From positions 4,453,902 to 4,517,901 of the forward strand of contig MU053652.1 of NCBI GenBank assembly GCA_013239625.1: a DNA stretch of 64,000 nucleotides, read 5' to 3'. Both the position numbers and the translations under genes were made by a program. The stretch is from Lama guanicoe. Its lineage: Eukaryota. Within the stretch, counting starts at the first letter, position 1. Each line of letters opens with the position of its first letter. Positions 12,401 to 23,132 of this stretch are shown piece by piece. The notes below the pieces were generated by a model. The model was not told where the DNA came from. It worked only from the letters and a program-made list of their open reading frames with translations, and did not search any database.

Positions 12401-15400
12401 TCCCGCCGGCCCTGCGGGTCCACGATCACCACAGCAACATCACCAGTGCCAGCCCCTGTCACGACAATGGCGATTAGCCCCCATTCTGGACATGCACAGA
12501 TGCTCAGGGATCCCTCCCCCAAGACCACCCCTCTCTGGCTGGGACCCTGCCCCAGTCCCCCACGCACACCCTCCCCATGCTGTGAGGGGCTGCCCGCCTG
12601 AAACCTCCTAGGACCCTTCCTCACCTGCTGTGTAGATGTCAAAGTAGGTGGGTTTGTTGGCCACGTTGCCCACAGGCTCCAGGCCAGGACCACGGGCTGA
12701 CACCTTGTTGGCATCCCCCAGGGCCATGCCCACATTCACCTCAAAGGGGCTGCGTTCGATGTTCTGGCCAGCAAAGAGCACGGTCACCTGGGGGTCAAGG
12801 GCCAGAGATTAGCTAGAGGAGAGGAGCTAGAGGAGAGCAGCTCTGAGAGGGGGTGGAGGAGCAGAGCAGAGCCAAGGTGGGTGGGAGGTGGGTGGCCGGT
12901 GCACGGCCAGGATGTGAATGGAATGGGGAGGTCAGGGGAGGTCCTGCAGGGAGATACCTTGTGCAAGCCGGCGACCTTGGGCACATAGGAGACAGCGTAG
13001 GTGCGGTTCTTGTCATTGTTGGGAACCACTTTGGCCTATTGGGAACGGAAAAGACTGGCAATCACAGTGGCTGTAGCCCCTCCTGACCCCACAGCACCTG
13101 GAGGCCCAAACGGTAAGCACCCCGCCCCTGTCCCCAGCACAGTGGGTGACTCCAGCAGCCATCACCAGGCCAATGCTATTGTTGGCCTGTGGACTCTTGT
13201 CCCATCCCACGCTAATCCCCCTCGTCCCAGAGGCCTCTCCATACCTCCTCAGTGTGGCCCTCGGGATCCTCGATGTAGACCAGCACCTCGCCCACACCAG
13301 CATCCACCGTCTGCACGGTGAAGTGTGCGGGCTGCAGCACAGTGTTGCCCTGGGGCTCGATGCCTGAGGGACAGAAAGTGGAGACAGATAACTTAGGGAG
13401 ATCCTTCCAAGCCTGTGCCCAGCTGTCTGGGGCGGACTGCCAGGGGCTCAGCACATACCAGGCCCATAGGCAATGGCCTTCTTGGGGTTCAGCTGCTTGG
13501 AGCGAACAGGGGCACCAGGTTTGAGTTTGGCCTTGGGGAACTGGGACAGGTAGGTCATGACAGAATGCTCATCCACATTGGGGTCCACAATCTCCTCGGG
13601 GGCAATCACCTGCCACAGGGAGGAAGGGAGTTACAAGGTGCCCTCCTTACCCAGCAACCTCGGTTCTCCCCACATCCTGACCGGATATCCCTACAGACCC
13701 AACTCCATCCTTGGCCCTCTGGCCCCTAGACTCTCCCACTGCCTGATCCGTCAGCGTACCTGGGGCACCCCGAGCCAGTCGTCCGCCTGCTGCATGGCCT
13801 CCCGGGCGTTCTCCACAGGCTGGTTGGGGTCCCAGGCCTCCCAGTCAGGGCAGAGGCCTGGAGAGATGGCAGAGGGAGGCAATGATTAGGGGAAAGTGGT
13901 CAGCCAGAATACAGAGCATTTGCTGGCCCAAGACCGTCACAGGCTGTGAGTTCACGCTCCCTCCCACACAGCTCTGGGGCCCTGACCAGCCAGGTTTCTG
14001 CTGACCCTCTATGCTGTAGCCCATCAGCTGGGATGCCCATCGCTGTTTAGAGGAACGGCAGCCCTCCCGAGCACCAACAATGAGGCCTTTCTGTCCCAGC
14101 TGACGCAGCCTGGCACCAGCCCTGCCAGCCAGCCTCCTGCCTGCCCAGGCCCCAGCACTGATCCTGAACACCACACCCCTATAAGGGCACCCCTGGCAGA
14201 TCTCTCCTGCCTCATTCCAGCTGCCTCTGGGGTGGGCAGTCCCTGTCCGGCACAAGTCCCTGACCCATCTCCTGGAAGGTCTTCTCCCAGCTGCCCTGAA
14301 GCCCTAGATCTCCAAGCATTTCGCACATCAGCCTTGGGGCATGACTCTCTCTCCTTCCTAACTGCCCATTTGGGGAAACAAAGGCATTGAAGGGCCTATT
14401 GGGAGAGGATGGGTTCTTCTTTCTGGTCACCCAGAACCCAGCCCTTCTAATGGGAGGAATGCTGAGGTCACTCCTGGGAAGGCTTAATGCTAGGTTACTG
14501 GGTACTTGGTCCAAGCCAGAGCTGGAGAGGAGGGCAATGCTTACTGGTGGGGAGTGGACCAGCTCAAAGGCTGGAATCCATGACTGGCCAGAACAGCTGA
14601 GCTCACTGCTGGCAGTCGCATCAGCGTGGGCAATGGCTCAGCAGCTGGGAATGCTTCCCAGGCAGCCGGACGGTGCCCCCGCCTCCCACCCCCTGCTCCC
14701 GGGCTGACCCCAGGCTGGGGGAGGATTCCCCCAAGGGGCCATGGCTCCCTAGAGGCAGAGGGGAAGAGAAGACCTATCTTCCCAGGAGAGGAGGGTCAGA
14801 AAGGGAGTAACACATGGGGTAGGGCTCTAGTCCGTGATGCTTGTCTTCTTGTGGGCCCTGAGCTGCCCCCACCTGACTAGGCCGGGGCCTACACTGACTG
14901 AGGGTAGGGCTGGGTCACCTGCCACTGGGCAGGGTCACACCAGCCTCAGCCCACATCATCCTGGGTCTCATCCCCTTCTCAAAGCTGTCCTAGGGTCTCA
15001 TAAAGAGGAGCCTCTGTGGGTCTAAGTCCTGGCCTTCTTTCTACAAGTCCCACTGCATTTCCTCTCTCCCGGCTGAGCAGAAATGGCATCCTTATAGCAA
15101 ACTAGGAAGTTCACAGAGCAGGGAGTCGAGGTCTTGGGCTCTGGTTCAGTGCAGCCTCAGATAAGCTGTGTGATCTTGGACAAGTCACAGGCCTTCTCCA
15201 GACCTCAGTGACCTTGTCTGTAAAATCTTCTGCTATTGCAGGAATTGGCAACTCATCAGGGAGGGCCTAACTCTGGCAGTGGTTCCCAGCTGGACCAGGG
15301 GGTCCTGATCCCCCAGCCCTGAGACACTCATTCTGACAAACATAAGCCTCGGCACCACCAGTTCAGCTCAGCTCTCCCTCCAGGGTCAGGGGTCCATGGA

Positions 15401-18400
15401 GTGCTGCTGTCCTACTCACCGGGGGCACAGTTGTCCACCAGGGCGCCCAGCGCTTTGCCGTCCTGCCAGTCACGGTTAAAGTTGGTGATGGGCAACTGGG
15501 GCACCTTGTTCTGGATCCAGCCGAGCAGACGCTGCTTGGGGGTCTGCTTGCGGGCATCCTCATCATCCTCATCCTCCCACATCGGCATGGAGATGGAGTA
15601 GTGCAGGATCAGTGTCCAGATCAGGCCTAGGATCAGCTTCAGGTTCCCATCCACGATGGCCTTGCTGTCTGCAGAGCAGAGGGGACAAGCTGGGCTCGGG
15701 AGGGCTTGGGAGGGCCCGGGACTCTCTCCCGGCACAGTGCCCTCTCCCCTGCCCAGCTCCTGAGGCTGCTGCTAGTGCTGGGGTCAGGCCTCCTTCTGGA
15801 ACCTACCCCTTCTCTGCCCACCAAATTCTCTCCCTCCTGCGAAGCCTGGCCCAGAGACCCAGCCCTTGACAAATCCCCCCTTCTCCCTTCAGAAGGCTGT
15901 TTACCAATGTGTTCCTATGGCAAGTAATTTCACCTATAGCACCGCACTTATCAGGCTACAGGTATCCATGCAATTATGCGAGACTATAAGCCTCTTGGGG
16001 TCAGACACTGTTGTTTTGTTTCCTTTCATTTTTTAACACTTTGATTTGAGGTATGCTTGACATACAACAAACTGTACATATTAGAAAGTACAATTGGATA
16101 CGTTTTTTTTTTTGAGTCTGTATGTACCCAGAAAGCCATCGTCACAAATCAAGATAATAAATGTTTCTGTCTCTCCCCAAAGTTTTCTTTCCTTTGTGAC
16201 CTGTTCCTCCTGTCCCTTCTTGTCCATCCTTCCCAGGCAATAACTGATCTACTCTTAGTCACTACAGATTAGTTTGCATTCTCTAGAGTTCTACATGAAT
16301 AGAATCATACAGTATGTATTCTTTTTAGGTCTGGCTTCTTCCCTTCTAGATAGTATTTTATCTTTCTATACTCAGAGTCTAGAACTTAGTAGAATTTCAA
16401 TAAGTACTGGTTGAAAGAACGAATATTTTAAAACCTGAAGTTGGAGAGAAGTAGAACCAACCTGGTTCCAGCCAGATTCTACTCTGAACACTATAAAAGG
16501 CTTTTGGAACTAAGTTCTGGGAGGAGGGAGGGGGTATAGTGCATGTTCTGTTAAGGCCTGAAAACCATGCTTTCAAATGACAGGGGCGGCTAGTGAGATT
16601 TCACAAGAGCTGGAGGAGTGTTATCCATGTGGACTCAAGTCTCAGAAGCTGAGACTCTCAATTCATCCCCTCCTTTGAGGAAGACTATGGACCAGAACTG
16701 GTACCCCACGGTTTTGGGGGCCTAGTTCTCCTTTAATAGCCAGAGAGAAATATCCAGGAACTGCAGGTGGCATAGAGTATAGATCATTGGAAACCAGCTT
16801 ATTTGTAAAAGACAATGCTGGCCTGAAATCCATCAGCTTCCCTGAGCACTGCTTTTAGGAGGCTGGGAAGGGGTGGAAAACAGCCTTGTTTATTGGTGTT
16901 GCCTGAGAGATGGGAAGGGTGGGGCTGGAAGTGCCCCCTTCCACATCTTTTCCTGCCTGCCCCTAGATCTTGGGAGATAACCTTAGGAGAGTGAAGGCCT
17001 GGGGGAACCCCAGTATTCCACCCCCCACCCCCGACCTGCTTCAGGAGGGGAATCTCAGTCTCTCTGTCCCTCTGGCTTTGGGCCCTGGCCCCCATGGCTC
17101 CCCCACCCTTTCACTGATTCATCCTTCCTTCCCTAGCAGCTCCCCAGGCCCGCCCCTTCTCCCCCTGGCTCCACTGCAGCACAATGGTTTGGCAGCTTGC
17201 AGATTCCATGACACACTCAATCCCAGCCTCCCGGTGCTTTGGTGCATTCTCTCTCAAATACACACAGGCCCACAACACTTTCACACAGTCTTGACACCCA
17301 GGGCCTCACAGCCTCTCACAACCCTGACAGCCTCCAAAGCTGGTGCTCACACACCCAGATGCTTCTTACAAACTGGAGCCAGATCCCTGGGAGGGAGGTC
17401 TTGAGGCTGCTGGCACTGGGGGTTGGGAGGGGGGTCATTCATATTTGCTGCAGGGAGAGGTTTCTCCCCAGCAACTGGCCCTGGGCCAGACAGCAAGTGG
17501 TCCTGGTCAGCAGGAGAGGGGTGGATCCAGAGTCCCACTCTGGGAGCAGTGACCATCCTCTCCCTCCTCCCCCTCGGAGGCCAGGCAGAAAAGGGGAGTT
17601 CTGCTCAAGCCAGGCTTCATCCTTTGCACCCTACTGGGGATACCACCAAAAGGGTGGGAGGAGTCTGAGAGCCAGTCCCTGAGGCCACCCCAGGCCTCAA
17701 AGAGGAGGGGGAGGAGAGAGGGCCCAGTGAGGGAGGTGCCGGGACAGCTGCTGCCCCCTCCAGCCCCTCCCTCGGCGGTTGGCTCAAGGAGAAGGAATAG
17801 CAACTGGGGAACAGCTGCGGGACAGAGCTGCCTCATAGGCCTCTTTGTTCGGAGGGGCTGAGGGGGTGGTGGGGGTAAGGGCACACAGCTCCTTCCACCC
17901 AGGCTGAGAACCTGGACCTCCTTCAGGGGGACTGCTCAGCTACCACCCCACTCCTAGAAAGGGAAGTGGGGAGTCTCTGACCTCCTCCCAGGTGCCCAGA
18001 TGCTCAATTTCAATCCTAAGAGAATGCCCAGGAGGCCACCCCGACAGCCCCTTCCCACCACTAAGTGGGCAGAAGGAACTAGAGGAAGCAGGATGCCCAC
18101 CTGGCAGCGAACCCTTTACAATCACCTCGGGATTGGGCAGCCCCTGCCCCCTCCCTTCCAGCCTCAGCCTTGGGCCCAGCAGCTGAATTGCTGACAGCTT
18201 ATCTCACTCGGTGGCAGCGGCAGAGTGAGCCACTTGGCCCAAATGGGGAACAGTTCCCTTCTCCTCAAAAGGAACATAATGGAGGGTTCCCTCCAGCCCC
18301 CCAAACCAGTTTTTGCTTCTTCCCCCTCTCCTCCGAGCCGGCCTCTCCACATACAGTTGAGCCAAGGGGGCCGGAGCCAGGCACCACCATGGGGGAGGAG

Positions 18401-20350
18401 AGAGGTGTGCTCAGGAAGGATGAGGCCTGGAGAGGGGCTGGGCGCCCCCGCAGCAGGGAGGAGAGGGGAAGGCTGAGCCATTTCCTATAAAGTCTCTGTG
18501 AGGCCCCAGGCCCTCCCCTTGAGACCCCATATGGGACAGTCAATCCTGTCGGTCAAATCTCAGCTGCTGAGGGATGAAGGCCCCAGGGATAACTCCTCTC
18601 TGACCCCCCCCCAAACCACACCCGCTCTCAAGCAGCCCTCAGCCCCACTACACACACCAGGGCCCCCTCCCCCACCCCCTGTCCTCAGGCTTGTCCTTCT
18701 GGAAAGCTCAGAGACATCTGCTGTGTCACGGAGGCAGGGCTATTTCCAGGCCAGAGCGGGTTGGGGGGGGCAGTTTTGGGGCAGGAGGGGGTAAGGCCTA
18801 GAGAGGGGACTGGACAGGGCAAAGGGCCCCAGACTGACCTCAGCAGCTAATTCAGGAGGCCTAGAGATACCCTAAGGGAGAGTGGGGTTGGACAGACATT
18901 CAATTATCTGAAGAAGTCTCTGGGGCATCCTGGTGGGGCACCTGACCCCCTGTGAAACTCCCTTCCAGGGGCCCCGGAGTGCATCTACGCTCCCCCTCAC
19001 CACGCTCTTTCTTGCAAATCATAGCAGGGCTCTTAAGAGCTCACCACAGGGGTAGGGGGTCTTCCCCCACCCTCCAGCCTGCGGGGATGACTGCAGGCCT
19101 GTGAGGGGAGTGCCAGCCCCTCTCCTCTCAGAGTCCACCCTAGGCTCCCCAGCTCCCAAGCCTAAAGTGCCTCCCCACCCCCACCCAGCACTGACACACC
19201 TTCCAAATCTGGTTACACTCAATGACTTCCTCCCTTCTCTAGGCCTTCCCTCCCTCCTCTCAGCCCAGACCATTAGCTGCAGCCAATCCGGGTTTAGAAG
19301 GTGGGCTGAGGCCGGGCATGGACAGGAGGGAGCCCCCTCCCCCGCTGGCTGAAGCCGGTAGAGGACAGGCAGGGGTTAAGGCTCCCTGCGCTCGCTCAGG
19401 ACCTTTTTAGGTTTCCGAAGCTGGGCTCTACAGGCTCTGGCCCCTGGGCCTGAACCCAGCTGCCGAGGACATGCCTGCGGGGGCCCCAGGCCCCGCGCCC
19501 GCCCGGTCACCAGCTCTCCCCTGAGCCCTGTGATCGGGCAGTGGTTGGGACCTGCCTTCTGCTCCTCCTTCCCGTTGGAAGTGCCGGGAGGCTGGGAAGC
19601 CATTTGCTTTGTTTGGGGGGAGGTGCCCCCAGGAATCAATAATAGGCATTGGCCCTGTCCTCTCAAACAAGGGCTGGGGTTGCGGATGGCGGGAAAGGGG
19701 AAGATGAGTAGAGGCGGGTTGGTGGGAGTGTGCGGGGGAGACTGAAGCTGGAGGATTAAGAAACGGACTGGTCTGGACTCTCCCGGACCTCTTTGGGATG
19801 CCGGCCGTCCAGAGGGGTGTGAAGGCAGAGCCCGAGGGGTCTGCATCGGCAGGCGAGAGCCGGGCTGGGGTTCTCTCCCGGTGCCGTGGCGCTCTCTGCC
19901 CTTTCGGCTTCCCGCGCGCCCACCCAACACCTGAGTCCCCTGTCCCCATGGGTCAGCCCCGCCGCGGAGCACTACCCCTCCACACCCGCACTGACCGATG
20001 GACACGAGCTTGATGTGCTCGCGCTCAAGGAACTCGAGGGCCACAGACACATTCTCCAGCTTCATCTGGCGGAAGTTGGGGCGCGGGTGAAACTTGCGGT
20101 ACATGCGCTTCTGGCTGAGGACCTCGAGCAGCGCGATGAGGCGCAGCCCGTCGCTGAGGTCGCGCTGTAGGTCGGTCAGGCGCTTGCCCACGCACTTGAG
20201 GTGCTCGTTGCACCACCGCGTGAAAGTGTTCTGTTGGATCTTCTTCCATGGCGCGTCCTCCGCCAGGTCCTTCTCCGTGGACGGCATGTCGTCCGCTTCG
20301 TCGCCCAGACCGAGGCCCGGGGCCTCGGAGTAGCCGCTGTTGTTCATCAT
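282..20350 (-). CDS. FLNC: Filamin-C, coding exons 1-33 (gene continues beyond window start): actin-binding CH1/CH2 domains, Ig-like repeats 1-15, hinge 1, most of repeat 16
   Basis: Spliced translation [53 protein letters not shown]... matches filamin C; 33 exons with GT-AG ends and consistent phases; synteny with CCDC136/OPN1SW. Confidence 0.99.
739..838 (-). CDS. FLNC: FLNC exon 32, 100 nt
   Basis: [33 protein letters not shown]. Confidence 0.96.
1152..1232 (-). CDS. FLNC: FLNC exon 31 (hinge 1, alternatively spliced), 81 nt
   Basis: [27 protein letters not shown]; phase 0-0. Confidence 0.9.
1690..1937 (-). CDS. FLNC: FLNC exon 30, 248 nt
   Basis: [14 protein letters not shown]...NSPFHVL. 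Confidence 0.96.
2053..2076 (-). CDS. FLNC: FLNC exon 29, 24-nt microexon
   Basis: VSIGGHGL; ttccAG acceptor, G|GTGAGT donor, phase 1-1. Confidence 0.92.
2199..2388 (-). CDS. FLNC: FLNC exon 28, 190 nt
   Basis: [17 protein letters not shown]...SKCLVT. Confidence 0.96.
2464..2620 (-). CDS. FLNC: FLNC exon 27, 157 nt (AAG acceptor)
   Basis: [19 protein letters not shown]...LTVQIL; acceptor cccctcAAG. Confidence 0.95.
3131..3254 (-). CDS. FLNC: FLNC exon 26, 124 nt
   Basis: [14 protein letters not shown]...DQEVPR. Confidence 0.96.
3334..3501 (-). CDS. FLNC: FLNC exon 25, 168 nt
   Basis: [16 protein letters not shown]...VLGPT. Confidence 0.96.
4234..4394 (-). CDS. FLNC: FLNC exon 24, 161 nt
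   Basis: [18 protein letters not shown]...GGRPIP. Confidence 0.96.
4643..4805 (-). CDS. FLNC: FLNC exon 23, 163 nt
   Basis: [19 protein letters not shown]...RFTVET. Confidence 0.96.
4918..5091 (-). CDS. FLNC: FLNC exon 22, 174 nt
   Basis: [15 protein letters not shown]...YTAYEE. Confidence 0.96.
5788..6385 (-). CDS. FLNC: FLNC exon 21, 598 nt
   Basis: [14 protein letters not shown]...SGPGVEPH. Confidence 0.96.
6762..7024 (-). CDS. FLNC: FLNC exon 20, 263 nt
   Basis: [15 protein letters not shown]...PPDPSK. Confidence 0.96.
7117..7234 (-). CDS. FLNC: FLNC exon 19, 118 nt
   Basis: [19 protein letters not shown]...QGLNS. Confidence 0.96.
7446..7615 (-). CDS. FLNC: FLNC exon 18, 170 nt
   Basis: [16 protein letters not shown]...YTAVQQ. 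Confidence 0.96.
7705..7795 (-). CDS. FLNC: FLNC exon 17, 91 nt
   Basis: [30 protein letters not shown]. Confidence 0.96.
7972..8132 (-). CDS. FLNC: FLNC exon 16, 161 nt
   Basis: [15 protein letters not shown]...VLFANQ. Confidence 0.96.
8284..8407 (-). CDS. FLNC: FLNC exon 15, 124 nt
   Basis: [18 protein letters not shown]...SEAGQ. Confidence 0.96.
8636..8779 (-). CDS. FLNC: FLNC exon 14, 144 nt
   Basis: [17 protein letters not shown]...PKSPFR. Confidence 0.96.
9397..9510 (-). CDS. FLNC: FLNC exon 13, 114 nt
   Basis: [21 protein letters not shown]...LKLYAQ. Confidence 0.96.
9603..9796 (-). CDS. FLNC: FLNC exon 12, 194 nt
   Basis: [20 protein letters not shown]...CFPDK. Confidence 0.96.
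10028..10164 (-). CDS. FLNC: FLNC exon 11, 137 nt
   Basis: [22 protein letters not shown]...EVGTL. Confidence 0.96.
10316..10442 (-). CDS. FLNC: FLNC exon 10, 127 nt
   Basis: [22 protein letters not shown]...GGYAIPR. Confidence 0.96.
10819..10956 (-). CDS. FLNC: FLNC exon 9, 138 nt
   Basis: [17 protein letters not shown]...VTVKGP. Confidence 0.96.
11369..11777. repeat. Degenerate ~37-nt tandem array with internal inverted repeats in FLNC intron 8
   Basis: TGCCA-like anchors at 11426, 11463, 11501, 11539, 11576, 11611, 11648, 11688, 11726; consensus (+) CCTGCCACAGAACA-N~3-8-(T/A)GGCA(T/A)GGAAC. Confidence 0.85.
11844..11906 (-). CDS. FLNC: Putative alternative FLNC cassette exon 8a (63 nt, [21 protein letters not shown])
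   Basis: Acceptor ctcggttctctctctaccactcAG, donor C|GTTAGT, phase 1-1, length a multiple of 3, no stop in the FLNC frame. Confidence 0.7.
12255..12455 (-). CDS. FLNC: FLNC exon 8, 201 nt
   Basis: [16 protein letters not shown]...SPFPVHVAE; phase-1 donor G|GTAAAG. Confidence 0.96.
12625..12787 (-). CDS. FLNC: FLNC exon 7, 163 nt
   Basis: [17 protein letters not shown]...YFDIYTA. Confidence 0.96.
12958..13035 (-). CDS. FLNC: FLNC exon 6, 78 nt
   Basis: [26 protein letters not shown]. Confidence 0.96.
13245..13363 (-). CDS. FLNC: FLNC exon 5, 119 nt
   Basis: [15 protein letters not shown]...EGHTEE. Confidence 0.96.
13459..13609 (-). CDS. FLNC: FLNC exon 4, 151 nt
   Basis: [24 protein letters not shown]...AIAYGP. 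Confidence 0.96.
13760..13857 (-). CDS. FLNC: FLNC exon 3, 98 nt
   Basis: [33 protein letters not shown]. Confidence 0.96.
15420..15668 (-). CDS. FLNC: FLNC exon 2, 249 nt
   Basis: [18 protein letters not shown]...DNCAP; AG/GT ends. Confidence 0.97.
16025..16345 (-). mobile_element. Old L1 3' fragment (L1M-type)
   Basis: Resembles antisense L1 3' UTR (ttgacatacaacaaactgtacat...gaatcatacagtatgta); boundaries approximate. Confidence 0.6.
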
Positions 20351-20880
20351 GCTGGCGCAGGCTGGGGCGGGGGCTGTGCTGCCGTCTGGGCTCGGGCTGG
20401 GGGCGCTCTGGGCTCGGGCTGGGGGCGCTGTCGGGGCGCTGTCGCGACTCGCGGCTCTGCGCTGCGCGGCTCTCAACTTCTCTCGCGCCTCTGGCGGGAC
20501 TCGGCGGGCCTCCTTGGCTCTTCAGCCGCGCTCTCTCTCTCTCTGTCTTTCTCCCTCCGGGGGCGGAGCGGTGCTCGGGAAGTGCGGGCCGGGCTGGGGC
20601 GGGGGGTTTAAGAAGCCCCTGGGCCGCGTCCCCCCCGCCGCGCCCGCGGCCCCCGGGTCCACGTCAGAGCGCCGGCCTCCCAGGAATGCCGCCTGGCCCG
20701 CGGGTGGGGGCCGCGCCGACCCGGCCGGCCCCGCCTCCCTCCCTCCCCTCCCCCACGTGGCCGGCGGGCGGGAGGGGGCCCTCTCCCGTGGCCGGGGTCT
20801 GCGGCCCCGCGGGCTTGGGACCCAGGGCCGGCGCGCTGGAGAGGTGGATAGTGGAACTGAAAAGTGAGGCGGGGTGAGGG
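19780..20880 (-). promoter_or_regulatory. FLNC CpG island/promoter
   Basis: Very GC/CpG-rich around exon 1; GC boxes; CRE-like ACGTCA 20661-20666; MCAT/TEAD-type GGAATG 20683-20688. Confidence 0.85.
19996..20350 (-). CDS. FLNC: FLNC exon 1 (CH1), 355 nt
   Basis: ATG at 20350; ...EHIKLVSI; donor G|GTCAGT. Confidence 0.97.
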
Positions 20881-21232
20881 CTCCCAACCAGAACTAAGCA
20901 TTGCCAGCCAGAGATGAAATATACAGAGAGAAACTGAGGCCAGTGGTTAGGGCAAAACACACTCATCTGGTGTTGACAGAACTTTCTGGATCGGTTGATG
21001 GCAGGGCTGTTGACAGGGCCTGGGAGTCCTGGCTCCTAGCCCAGGGTATTGTCCACCTGCGGACAGGGAAGGGAAGTGTGTGTGCTTCTGTGCAGATAGA
21101 CTGAGAGGAAGTAGTGTCACTGCCCAGGCCAATTAGGGAGAGGCTTGGGGTGGGCGTGCTCCACTTTACAGGTAGAAAAGTCTAATTTGAAGCCCAAACC
21201 CAGGGTCCCAGGGGAAAGACTGAGGCCACCCC

Positions 21233-23132
21233 TGACTCAGTGTCCCTGTCACCAGCCCATTTGGCCTCATCCCCTCAAGAATGGAGCTGAGTGCCAGTGA
21301 GTCACACTGTGCTCCCCTCCAAGTCTGACTCAACCAAGGTGATGAGGAGGGTGGGAGAGGGATCCCCCCTGGGCGATGTGTCCATTTGGGCCACAGGGCA
21401 GAGCCTTCCAGTCAAAGGGCAGGTTAGCCAGACAGAAACAGGGAGAGCCCTGCCCAGAGCAGCAAAGGGGAAATGCGATGGGGGCTGGTGGGCAGGGAGA
21501 GCCCTAGGGAGCCCGCCAGGATGTCTGGGCAGGACTGGGCTCAGGGTGAGCCAAGGGCAGCTGCAGGCCTAGGGCATGGTGACAGCAGGGAAACTGAGGC
21601 ACTCCAACAGAGAAGCTGGCCTGGGATGAGGTGAAAGAACACATATAAAGAGAATATATATCCTGCAATTCTGTAGGATACATTCATTCCACACCTCCTG
21701 GTAACCCCTTTAGACCAAACTTCCTCAGCTTTCCCATCCTTCAGGCCCATAAATTTGGGCCCCAACTCAAGCAGTGTGATGATTGAAATTTGGGGAGTTT
21801 CTGATGAATTGTTCTACCTTATTCCTTTTCTCCCACTAGGCCTACTGAAAAGGAAAGGAATAGTGGGCATTTTTGAGGGCAGAATGAGGGGAATCCCTGT
21901 TATGGAGCTGGGGGAGAAGTTCAGGAGTCCTATGGTGGGTAGTGCTTATGGTAAAAGGGGTCCATGAATGGTTTCTTTCCCTTCTCATTAGTTAGGGAGG
22001 GGGAGGAGCAGAGAAGGGACCAGAAACAGAACAGGGACCTGCTGTGCGTGGCTTAGGAGGGGGGCAGCTGGGGGCCCTGATAGTGACAGGAGAGATATAA
22101 ATAGCTTGGGCCCTGAGGCTCATGTTCTGTCGGCTGCCTGTGACGAGGTGCTCAGGAATTCCACTCTCCTGTTGGCACCCCTCTTCCCTATCTCCAGAAC
22201 TCTCTCCCCCCATGCTACCTTTGTCCCATGGCCAAAACCAACCATCAGGTATCAGTGATCTCCATCTACTCAAGAGGCTGGACGCTCCTGTGGAGAGATG
22301 CCCAGCTCCTGGGGACACAGGACACGTAGCTGGGTCTCACGAGGGAACTCTGTGTGTGTGTGTAAAAAAGCAGGCTTCTGATACACAATCTGAGGTGCCA
22401 GTTCAGGGTTCAGTGTTGTCATCTCTAAAGCCCTGATGAAGAAACTGAGGTATAGATCTGAGCATGATTGATTCCTCTCCCAGAGCCTCTGGGAAGAAGA
22501 GAAAGGGGTAAAGTGGGATTGTCTGGAGCTGATAGCCCTTTACAGACCCTAAAGGCTCACAGTCCTATTTTGTGGGTGTTACCTAAGGCCCCCCAGTAAC
22601 TTGAGGGCCTTCTTTAAGTTGGGGGAAGTTCAGAGGGAAGCCATCAAGTGGACAAAGAACTTTCCTCTCCCCCTTCTCGTTCCCTCTCTCCAGGGGAGGG
22701 CTGTGTGCGGGCCCCAGGGGAATGAGTGAATGGTCGGCAGAGGGTGCCCAGTGCCAAGGATGGTTCCCGGCACCCCTCTTACCCCCCTTCTCCCCAGAAA
22801 CCTGAGCCTGTCGCTCTCCAGGATAAATCAGGGCCTGACTCAGGCCCCAGCCAGCCAGTCACAGTCAGCCTGACCCAGGCGCAGGCTGGTGACTCAGCCC
22901 TCAATATAGCCCATGAGCCCGGGCCCCTGGCCCAGCCAGGAGGGCTAGAACAGACCGTGCACAATGCTGGTCCTGGGGCCTGCCAAGCTTGGGCCCCCTC
23001 CCCAAGGAGAGCTGATGTGTTCCTCCCAGAGCTGGGCAGGGGCGCATAGAGGGGCTTGCAGGGGGTTTCATCAGCTGAGTATTTGGGACAGTGCTGGCTG
23101 TGGCCACAGGCTGTTTATAGCCCCCTGACTCA
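21233..23132. promoter_or_regulatory. Candidate FLNC upstream enhancers (AP-1 clusters, E-boxes, MEF2-like sites)
   Basis: TGA(C/G)TCA at 21233, 21298, 21326, 22836, 22890, 23126; CAGCTG at 22065, 23072; ATATAAATAG 22095, CTGTTTATAG 23111. Confidence 0.5.

Noticed and set aside
218-13889. Many long plus-strand ORFs (e.g. 218-907, 935-1627, 4655-5311, 5849-6466, 9646-10275)
   Set aside because: Antisense shadows of GC-rich FLNC exons and introns; no recognisable domains
19376-20966. Long ORFs around FLNC exon 1, including the 366-aa ORF
   Set aside because: CpG-island stop depletion; only 19996-20350 is coding and the rest is UTR or intron read-through
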